Shown piece by piece: positions 9,751 to 21,223 of a stretch of DNA of 64,000 bases. The translations under genes were made by a program, and so were the position numbers. The stretch comes from an uncultured SAR86 cluster bacterium (GTDB taxonomy: Bacteria > Pseudomonadota > Gammaproteobacteria > Magnimaribacterales > AG-339-G14). The stretch spans positions 19,641 through 83,640 of the forward strand of contig CACDKN010000001.1 of the NCBI GenBank assembly GCA_902553315.1, in the 5' to 3' direction. How positions within the stretch are numbered: position 1 is the stretch's first letter; each line of letters starts with the position of its first letter. Under the pieces are notes generated by a model that saw only the letters and a list, made by a program, of their open reading frames with translations, was not told the DNA's origin and made no database searches.

Positions 9751-11495
9751 GTGATAGATCAAAAGAACAAATATTAAAGGAAGCGCTCTCTTCCTCTTCT
9801 AGAGCAATTTCCTCCAAAACTGACTTGGAACTTAATTTCGGAAGTGATTCAATTCATTCTAATTCAATTCCCCTTCCCGAAAGCTCCTTACATGGATTAA
9901 GCCTAAGCAGAGCGAAAGCCGACAAAATAGCTCTGAAAGAAAAGTTTTCTAATGAGTCAAGAAGTGAAATTACTGGTATTAATGAATTAGATCAAAGCCT
10001 CTCAGTGCAAAACAGCGTTCGAATTGAAGTCTTAGGTTCACTCCAGTACAAAGGACTCAAAAGTAATCTAAGAAATAATTTCGTTGAGGAATTAGAAGAA
10101 TTTAAACCGGAGTCAGCAATTGAGAGCATTAATAAAATTTTAGATATTTGGATCAAAGGGAAAATTCTAGGGAATAAATTTACAGCTCTGGAAGAAAAAA
10201 TTTTAGAACCATTCAGTGAAGATTTAAAAAAAATAGAGAAAAAATTTATTCCTGAACTTAAAAACAATATTAATGACAAGGAGTCATATCTTGAGAGTAT
10301 TCAAAATCTTCTTAAAGAGCTCAACATTAAATTTGAAGAAGAAGAACAAAAAGAAGAAAGCTCATCAGATGATGACGACAGTGAAGACGAAGAATCAGAT
10401 GAGGAAAATCAAGATGAAGAGCCACAAGAAGAAGGCTCTCCAGAAGAATCTCCAACCGATTCGGAATCTTCTGAGGAAATGGAATTTGAAGAGGAAGAGG
10501 TCGAAGATTCAGATGAAAATTGGATCGAAAATAGATCCAAACTAGAAGAGTTATTTAATGTTGAAAATAATCAAGAATACAAAGTGTTCTGTAGAGACTT
10601 TGATGAAATTGTCGACGCAGAGGATCTATGTGCACAAGAAGAGCTGAAGAGGTTAAGGATAAGATTAGATCAATTAATAGATCCAAGCAAAAGTGTAATT
10701 GCTAAATTAGCTAATAGACTTCAAAGATTACTGTTAGCTCAGCAGAATAGATCTTGGGAGTACGATAAAGATGAAGGTATATTGGATACATCTAAATTAA
10801 CTAAAATAATAACTGATCCTCTAACGCCTTTAAGCTTTAAACAAGAAAAAGACACAAAATTTAAAGACACTGTAGTGACTATTCTTGTCGACAGTTCTGG
10901 CTCTATGAGAGGAAGATCTATGACAACAGCCGCGATTTCAGCAGATATCATTGGAGCGACATTAGACAGGTGTAATATAAAAACAGAAATCTTAGGTTTT
11001 ACAACAAAACATTGGAAAGGTGGAGACAGTCGTAAGTTATGGGTTGAATGCGGCAAGCCAAGCAATCCAGGTAGACTTAACGATCTTAGTCATATTATTT
11101 TTAAACCTGCAGATCTTGCCTGGAGAAGAGCAAAGAAAAACTTAGGATTAATGCTGCGGGAAGGATTGCTCAAAGAAAACGTTGATGGGGAAGCGCTGCT
11201 TTGGGCTTGTAGTAGATTATTTAAAAGACCAGAACAAAGACAAATTCTTATGGTGATTTCCGACGGAGCACCTGTCGATGACAGTACTTTATCTACTAAT
11301 TCAACAAGCTATTTAGACAATCATTTAAAATCGGTGATAAAAGATATTGAAAATAAAACAGATATCGACCTGATTGCAATTGGTATTGGTCATGATGTAA
11401 CAAGATATTATTCCAAGGCTGTTACAATCCATAGAGCAGAAGAATTAGGTGGTGTTATGTTGGAACAATTAACCGAATTATTTGCCGAAAGATAA
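9747..11495 (+). CDS. cobT: CobT-like protein with acidic linker and C-terminal vWA domain
   Basis: 582 aa. The TTG start overlaps the cobS stop (TTGA). The N-terminus ([22 protein letters not shown]) resembles CobT. A long D/E/S-rich linker lies roughly at 10330-10520. The vWA MIDAS motif is [11 protein letters not shown]. Confidence 0.8.
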   Translation: MSDRSKEQILKEALSSSSRAISSKTDLELNFGSDSIHSNSIPLPESSLHGLSLSRAKADKIALKEKFSNESRSEITGINELDQSLSVQNSVRIEVLGSLQYKGLKSNLRNNFVEELEEFKPESAIESINKILDIWIKGKILGNKFTALEEKILEPFSEDLKKIEKKFIPELKNNINDKESYLESIQNLLKELNIKFEEEEQKEESSSDDDDSEDEESDEENQDEEPQEEGSPEESPTDSESSEEMEFEEEEVEDSDENWIENRSKLEELFNVENNQEYKVFCRDFDEIVDAEDLCAQEELKRLRIRLDQLIDPSKSVIAKLANRLQRLLLAQQNRSWEYDKDEGILDTSKLTKIITDPLTPLSFKQEKDTKFKDTVVTILVDSSGSMRGRSMTTAAISADIIGATLDRCNIKTEILGFTTKHWKGGDSRKLWVECGKPSNPGRLNDLSHIIFKPADLAWRRAKKNLGLMLREGLLKENVDGEALLWACSRLFKRPEQRQILMVISDGAPVDDSTLSTNSTSYLDNHLKSVIKDIENKTDIDLIAIGIGHDVTRYYSKAVTIHRAEELGGVMLEQLTELFAER

Positions 11496-11554
11496 GGAAA
11501 ATATTACCCGTTAAAAATGTTGACTTTGAAGGCTCAAAGGAATAATTTACCCAT

Positions 11555-12706
11555 ATGAAAATTACAAAAAGATCGGGTCCTCCCGAAGATTTAGTTTATT
11601 TTGATGACGAACTAGATCTTAAAGAAAAAGATGTTGAAGACGTTGTAGAAATCTTCAACACACCTCTTACTGGTTCTTACAATTGGGACTACACAGTAGC
11701 TGAAAACAGAATAAAAAAGCTTTACGAACTTGGAAAAGAACTAAATTGGAATGGCTCAATAGATTTAGACTGGAGTTACACCCATCCTGCAGATGAGCCT
11801 CTTTTAGGAGTTGATGGAGTTGAATTTCCTCACGAACAATTAGATGCTTACAAAACCTTATCTGAAGAAGAAAAAATTGAATTCGACAGACATGAAACTG
11901 CTGAGGTTCTATGTCAATTTCTTCACGGTGAGCAAGGTGCTCTATTAGTAGCTTCACAAATAGCAAGTTGTGCTCCAACTTTTAACGCAAAAATGTACGC
12001 TGCTTCTCAAACTTTCGATGAAGCTAGGCACGTTGAAGTTTTCAATCGTTATTTACAGGAAAAAATCGGCTTTCACTATCCTATAAATCCAAGTTTAAAA
12101 GCTTTATTAGACAAAATACTTACTGATGAAAGATGGGATTTAAAATTCATTGGAATGCAAATTATTATTGAGGGACTTGCTCTTGCGGCCTTTACTAACA
12201 TGAAGCTTTCTGCCAGAGACCCTCTTTTGCAGACTCTTCTTCACTACATCATCAGAGATGAAGCGCGTCACGTAACTTTTGGAATTAATTATTTGGAGGA
12301 TTTTGTTAAAACTCTTTCTCCTGAAGAAATTGAAGAAAGAGCCGAATTCGCTTTTGAAGCTTGCGTAGTTTCAAAAGATAGATTAATAAATACTGGAGCG
12401 ATGACTAAGTTTTTAAAAATGTCTGATGAAGAAGCCAGAGTATTTCAATTAAATAACGGTGGTTTAGACCAATTCAGAAGCTTTTTATTTTCAAGAGTTA
12501 TGCCAAATCTAAAAAGAATTGGTTTGCTTACAGACTCTGTAAGACCGAAATACGATGAACTTGGTATTCTTGAGTATGAAAATGCTGCAAGTGATTATGA
12601 AATTGATTGGGCTGAAATTTCTAAGCCTCTAGAATCCTCAGATCAAGTTAAAAAAGATTCTGAAGACATGCTTGCAGCAATTCAAGAAGCGCAAGCTAAT
12701 GCTTAG
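11555..12706 (+). CDS. ferritin-like di-iron carboxylate protein (AurF / p-aminobenzoate N-oxygenase-like family), substrate unknown
   Basis: 383 aa. It has two E...ExxH half-sites: HGEQGALL ... DEARHVEVF and IIEGLALAAF ... RDEARHVTFG. Confidence 0.6.
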   Translation: MKITKRSGPPEDLVYFDDELDLKEKDVEDVVEIFNTPLTGSYNWDYTVAENRIKKLYELGKELNWNGSIDLDWSYTHPADEPLLGVDGVEFPHEQLDAYKTLSEEEKIEFDRHETAEVLCQFLHGEQGALLVASQIASCAPTFNAKMYAASQTFDEARHVEVFNRYLQEKIGFHYPINPSLKALLDKILTDERWDLKFIGMQIIIEGLALAAFTNMKLSARDPLLQTLLHYIIRDEARHVTFGINYLEDFVKTLSPEEIEERAEFAFEACVVSKDRLINTGAMTKFLKMSDEEARVFQLNNGGLDQFRSFLFSRVMPNLKRIGLLTDSVRPKYDELGILEYENAASDYEIDWAEISKPLESSDQVKKDSEDMLAAIQEAQANA

Positions 12707-12721
12707 TTTTTGATAAACTTA

Positions 12722-12738
12722 AGCTGTTCATAACAGCT
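12722..12738 (+). promoter_or_regulatory. stem-loop directly in front of the coaW-like start codon
   Basis: agctgtt (12722-12728) pairs with aacagct (12732-12738) around a 3-nt loop (cat). The stem ends 1 nt before the ATG at 12740, where a Shine-Dalgarno sequence would normally sit. No T-run follows. Confidence 0.4.
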
Positions 12739-12739
12739 C

Positions 12740-13546
12740 ATGTCTAGATCCATTAAGTTAGGAATTGATTTCGGTATAACTAATACCGACGTGGTTATAG
12801 ATGATGGTGCTGACTTAAAATTTAAAACTTTTTCTTCAAAAAATACTTCTGTTGATTTCCTTAAAGAATTAATCTCATCTTGTACAGATGATGTTTCTAA
12901 TATACAAATAATTGGGGTTACCGGAGGAAAGCACGAAGCTTTAGGTTCGTCTTATGAAGGAATCGAAATAAAACATTACAACGAGGTCGACGCAATTGTT
13001 AAGGGAGCAATAAATACTTTTCATCCTAAAGAAGAAAAGTTTATGGTCATGAGTCTTGGGTCTGGTTCAGCGTGCGCAATCTTTAGTGAAGGTGAAATTT
13101 TCCACGCCGGAGGAACTGGATTAGGTGGAGGAACTATAAGGGGGTTAAGTAAATTAATTATTGGTGAAGATGATCCAATAATAATAAATTCTCTTTCGTC
13201 TAAAGGGAAAAGAGAAAAAGTGGATCTATTATTAAAAGATGTTATTTCAGGTCCAATTGGAAATCTGCCAGAATCCGCAAGCGCCGTGAACTTTGGAAAA
13301 ATAGATTATTCTGAATGCAACAAAGAAGATTTAGCTGCCGGAATAATTAGCATGGTAGGACAAACAATTTTAAAAACAGCTATTACGGTAGCTTCTATAA
13401 ATGACATAAAAAAAGTATATGTGATTGGAAGATCTTATAAATATGATCTTCTCAGAGAAATGTTAATGGATGGATTAGGAATTATAAACATGGAGCCCCT
13501 TTTCCACGAAAACGGTGAATACGCAATTTGTATGGGGACTATCTGA
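12740..13546 (+). CDS. coaW: type II (Fumble/CoaW-type) pantothenate kinase-like ASKHA ATPase
   Basis: 268 aa. The phosphate-1 motif is [52 protein letters not shown] and [11 protein letters not shown] are colinear with my recollection of Staphylococcus aureus CoaW ([53 protein letters not shown]). Confidence 0.6.
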   Translation: [268 protein letters not shown]

Positions 13547-13557
13547 TTTAACAAGAA

Positions 13558-13673
13558 GTCCGACGATGTCCTACTCTCGCATAGAAAAAACTACACTACC
13601 ATCGGCGCTAAGTGGTTTCACTTCTGAGTTCGATATGGAATCAGGTGGGCCACACTTGCTATTATCATCGGAC
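13558..13673 (-). rRNA. rrf: 5S ribosomal RNA
   Basis: The plus strand reads ...cctactctcgcat...cacactaccatcggcgcta...gtttcacttctgagttcg...tcaggtggg..., the reverse complement of the conserved 5S core. Terminal helix: GTCCGATGAT / ATCGTCGGAC. Ends are good to about +/-3 nt. Confidence 0.9.
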
Positions 13674-13733
13674 AAAATTCTTGTTCATTATTGTGATCCA
13701 AAAAAATTAGGTCTTTTTTCAAATTTAGAAACA

Positions 13734-16638
<2,905 letters not shown>

Positions 16639-16825
16639 AAATGTTTCTAAACAAAAAATGTTTGAAAGTTAAGTTTCTTTGAATAATAAGCGCCTAATTT
16701 TATTTGCCATTAGCATTCAGAATCGAATTGAATTCGATTCTTGAACTTGATGTTTAAAAGTTATAAAACTTTTAAATAATTATTAATAATTGATAACAGT
16801 AATTATTAATATTTGGATCACAATA

Positions 16826-16839
16826 CTTTTAAAAAACTC
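16826..16839 (-). promoter_or_regulatory. boxA-like antitermination motif in the 16S-23S spacer
   Basis: The minus strand reads GAGTTTTTTAAAAG. It matches 13 of 14 nt of the leader copy at 18568-18581. A small hairpin (AGACC/GGTCT, 16843-16859) lies directly 5' of it on the RNA, a boxB-then-boxA style order. Confidence 0.4.
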
Positions 16840-16862
16840 TCAAGACCCATTTAAGGTCTGAA

Positions 16863-16890
16863 ATTAATTCATGTAATTCGAGCGAACACT
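16863..16890 (-). other. 3' arm of the 16S processing (RNase III-type) stem
   Basis: Complementary to 18540-18568. It has a 13-bp perfect core (CGAATTACATGAA / TTCATGTAATTCG) plus flanking pairs including G-U, about 28 bp in total, bracketing mature 16S. Confidence 0.6.
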
Positions 16891-16916
16891 CACAACAAAG
16901 ATAGTGTATTTATAGT

Positions 16917-18448
<1,532 letters not shown>

Positions 18449-18539
18449 AAATTAAACGGATATTTTTCTCAAAAAATATCAAAAAAGGGTTTTGAATATA
18501 AATATTCAAAAAATGACACATACCTCTATTTACAAGGCA

Positions 18540-18568
18540 AGTGTCCGCACGAATTACATGAACTAATC
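18540..18568 (-). other. 5' arm of the 16S processing stem (rrn leader)
   Basis: See 16863-16890. The minus strand GATTAGTTCATGTAATTCGTGCGGACACT pairs with the spacer segment just 3' of 16S. Confidence 0.6.
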
Positions 18569-18581
18569 TGTTAAAAAACTC
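18568..18581 (-). promoter_or_regulatory. boxA-like antitermination motif in the rrn leader
   Basis: The minus strand reads GAGTTTTTTAACAG and contains the TTTAACA core of the E. coli boxA (TGCTCTTTAACAA). A near-identical copy sits in the spacer at 16826-16839. Confidence 0.45.
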
Positions 18582-18614
18582 CCTGTACAGTATATTACTG
18601 CGCAGGAAATTGCG

Positions 18615-18643
18615 ATTATACATAGGTATCGACTTTATAAAAG
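18615..18643 (-). promoter_or_regulatory. candidate rrn promoter (consensus -10, weak -35, A/T-rich upstream)
   Basis: The minus strand reads CTTTTATAAAGTCGATACCTATG-TATAAT-CGC. TATAAT is at 18620-18615. No good TTGACA lies at 16-18 nt, only A/T-rich sequence abutting the tyrS stop at 18646. Only 197 nt separate tyrS from 16S. Confidence 0.3.
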
Positions 18644-18645
18644 CT

Positions 18646-19869
18646 TTAATTCGTGCTTTTTAAAGTTATTTTCAAAAACCTCTTTTTACCTACTTGAAAC
18701 AGAGTTTTTGAGTTAATTTTTATCTTAAAATTTTCATCTAATATTCTTTTTCCATCTACTCTAACAGCGGATTGATTTATCATTCTTTTTGCTTCCGACT
18801 TACTCTTGCAAAGCTTTCTTTCTTTGAGATCTGGATGGCTAAGAACGTCTATCAAATTCATAGAGTTACCCTTCACTTTTATATTTTCCGCAGAAATTTC
18901 TGTCGGATCATTTTTTTGACTAAATCTGTTTTTAAATTCATTTAATGCTTTAGTAGCGTTATTTTTTCCATGAAATCTTTCTACAATCTCAAAGCCTAAT
19001 AAGAGTTTTGCCTCCATCAAACTACTTCCAGTTTTAGAAAGTTTTTTTAATTTATCTATTTCTTTATTAGTCTTAAAACTCAACAAATCGTAATATCTCC
19101 ACATCATCTCATCTGAGATAGACATTAACTTTCCAAACATTTCGTCTCTACTGTCAGTTAAACCTATGTAATTATTTAAAGATTTAGACATTTTTTTTAT
19201 ACCGTCAAGACCTTCCAAGATTGGCAGAGTCATAATAATTTGTTCTTTCATACCGTTGATTCTCTGAATATCTCTTCCCACAAGAAGGTTAAATTTTTGG
19301 TCGGTTCCGCCTAACTCCACGTCAGCTTTTAATTGAAAAGAGTCGTATCCTTGAACTAAAGGGTAAAGAAACTCATGAACTGAAATTGGTTGGTTATTTT
19401 TATATCGCTTACTAAAGTCGTCTCTTTCTAACATTCTTGCAACAGTCATAGATGAAGCCAACTTTATAAAATCTTCTGGAGTCATCTTTTTGAACCAGGT
19501 CGAGTTGAATTTAATTTCAGTTTTCTTTGGATCTAGAATTTTAAAAATCTGTTTTTCATATGTTTTAGCATTCCTTTTTAAATCTTTTCCTGAAAGAACC
19601 GGTCTAGTTTCGCTTACTCCGGAAGGATCTCCGATGGATCCAGTAAAATCTCCAATTAAAAAAACTACTTTATGCCCAAGATCTTGGAATTGTTTTAATT
19701 TATTAATTAAGACAGTGTGTCCAAGATGTAAATCTGGAGAAGTGGGATCAAAACCAGCCTTGATAGTAAGTTTTTGTTTCTTTTCTATCAAAGATATAAA
19801 ATCCTTTTTGGGTATTACTTCTTCGACCCCTCTGAGAAGTATTTCAATTTTTTCTTGAAGTATGCTCAT
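18646..19869 (-). CDS. tyrS: tyrosine--tRNA ligase
   Basis: 407 aa. It has the HIGH-type motif (PDLHLGHTV), the KMSKS motif (KKMSKSLNN) and a C-terminal S4-like domain. Confidence 0.93.
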   Translation of the reverse strand: MSILQEKIEILLRGVEEVIPKKDFISLIEKKQKLTIKAGFDPTSPDLHLGHTVLINKLKQFQDLGHKVVFLIGDFTGSIGDPSGVSETRPVLSGKDLKRNAKTYEKQIFKILDPKKTEIKFNSTWFKKMTPEDFIKLASSMTVARMLERDDFSKRYKNNQPISVHEFLYPLVQGYDSFQLKADVELGGTDQKFNLLVGRDIQRINGMKEQIIMTLPILEGLDGIKKMSKSLNNYIGLTDSRDEMFGKLMSISDEMMWRYYDLLSFKTNKEIDKLKKLSKTGSSLMEAKLLLGFEIVERFHGKNNATKALNEFKNRFSQKNDPTEISAENIKVKGNSMNLIDVLSHPDLKERKLCKSKSEAKRMINQSAVRVDGKRILDENFKIKINSKTLFQVGKKRFLKITLKSTN

Positions 19870-19933
19870 GAAAGTTAAGATGTCATAAAATAGTACTTAT
19901 AACTTTAACAGATAAAATTATTGATAATAAAAA

Positions 19934-21223
19934 ATGGGAAAGGTTTTTTTTGAACTCAGATATTACCTAATTATTTTAATAATTTTTATTTTCGTCTTTT
20001 TAAGTTTGGTTTTTTTTCCAAACTTTTCTTTTGTTTCGAACAGCGCTGATTATGAAATCTTGGAAGTTACAAGAGAAAAAATTGAGGTTAAGAGTAGCGA
20101 TTTTGCCTTAGGCAATGATATTAATAATTCAAATCAAATTTTTGAAATAAAAAAAAATGATACTCTTTTAAATCTTCTCAAGCAGTCCGGCTTGAAAGAC
20201 AGCTTCATCAGAGCGCTAATAAAAACTAAGGGATCTGAAAAGTTAGCTCGGATAAAAATTGGAGACTCCTTGGAAATTTCAAAAAAAATATCTGGGGAGC
20301 CAAAAGAAATCTTTTTGACTTCTAATGGTTTTGAAGGCGTTTTAGCTAAATTTGAAAATAATATATTCACTATTAAAAGATTCTCTAGGCCTCTAGAGAA
20401 ATTGGAAAGATTTGCATCCGTGATTATTGAAAATTCATTATACGAGTCTGCTCTAAATGAAGGACTTTCAGATAGTCTAATAATGGACTTGGTTTATATT
20501 TTTGGATGGGATATCGATTTTATATTTGATATAAGACCGGGAGATAAATTTGATGTTTTGTATGAAGATTTTTATTGGAATGGTACTCAGGTTAAAAATT
20601 CAGACATCAAGGCGGCGAGATTTATCAGAGGAAATAAAGTTTTCACAGCTATTAGATATTATTACGCAGATGGAACGAAAGAGTATTTCTCAACAAGAGG
20701 AAAAAATGTAAAAAAAGCTTTTTTAAGAACGCCAGTTGATTTTAGTTATATAAGTTCAAAATATAATCTGAACAGGAAGCATCCTGTTTTAAATAAAATT
20801 AGAGCCCATACAGGAGTTGATTACGCTGCTCCTAAAGGTACTCCAATTATCTCTACAAGCTTTGGTACGATTGCTTTTATTGGAAATAAAGGAGGATATG
20901 GAAGATTAATTGAAATAAAACATACTGAAGATTATTCAACTAGATATGCACATTTATTTAAATACAAAAAAGGTTTGAAAATAGGAGATAAAGTAGACCA
21001 AGGAGAAGTAATAGGTTACGTAGGAAAGTCAGGTCTTGCGACAGGTTATCATCTTCACTATGAATTCAGGGTAAATGGTATGCACACCGATCCGTTAACT
21101 GTAAAACTTCCCGATGCAGAACCGATTATTGACTCAGAAAAAGATAAATTTAAGAGAGTAGCTATCAAAATGATCAACAGAATAGACGATCTTTATTTAC
21201 AAATTTATGCAATCAACCAGTAA
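19934..21223 (+). CDS. M23 family murein endopeptidase with N-terminal membrane anchor (MepM/YebA-like)
   Basis: 429 aa. An N-terminal TM helix is followed by the M23 catalytic motifs HTGVDYAAPKGTPI and GYHLHYEF. Confidence 0.85.
   Translation: MGKVFFELRYYLIILIIFIFVFLSLVFFPNFSFVSNSADYEILEVTREKIEVKSSDFALGNDINNSNQIFEIKKNDTLLNLLKQSGLKDSFIRALIKTKGSEKLARIKIGDSLEISKKISGEPKEIFLTSNGFEGVLAKFENNIFTIKRFSRPLEKLERFASVIIENSLYESALNEGLSDSLIMDLVYIFGWDIDFIFDIRPGDKFDVLYEDFYWNGTQVKNSDIKAARFIRGNKVFTAIRYYYADGTKEYFSTRGKNVKKAFLRTPVDFSYISSKYNLNRKHPVLNKIRAHTGVDYAAPKGTPIISTSFGTIAFIGNKGGYGRLIEIKHTEDYSTRYAHLFKYKKGLKIGDKVDQGEVIGYVGKSGLATGYHLHYEFRVNGMHTDPLTVKLPDAEPIIDSEKDKFKRVAIKMINRIDDLYLQIYAINQ

Noticed and set aside
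10273-10545. 90-aa extremely Lys-rich ORF on the plus strand inside cobT
   Set aside because: It is the +1 frame of the GAA/GAT/GAG-rich acidic linker of CobT (GAAGAAGAA read as AAG AAG). It is a frame artefact of a low-complexity region.
16739-16761. agaatcgaatt-g-aattcgattct in the 16S-23S spacer, which superficially recalls a tRNA T-arm (GTTCGAATC)
   Set aside because: It is a simple 11-bp-arm palindrome. There is no acceptor, D or anticodon arm around it, so it is not a tRNA. It is more likely a spacer RNA hairpin.
18491-18510. 20-nt palindrome tttgaatat-aa-atattcaaa, considered as an operator for a dimeric regulator
   Set aside because: It lies inside the transcribed 16S leader, between the processing stem arm and the mature 5' end. 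An AU-rich leader hairpin is the simpler explanation. I have no evidence for a DNA-binding partner.
19490-19858. 122-aa ORF antisense to tyrS. Similar antisense ORFs lie at 46541-46909 and 46970-47278 (parC), 10739-11065 (cobT), 57519-57860 (oxyR) and 63017-63343 (ubiE/ubiB).
   Set aside because: Each is fully embedded opposite a gene with strong family motifs. Their S/L/F/I-rich translations are what the reverse complement of K/E/N-rich AT-biased coding sequence produces. None has a start context or a recognisable domain.
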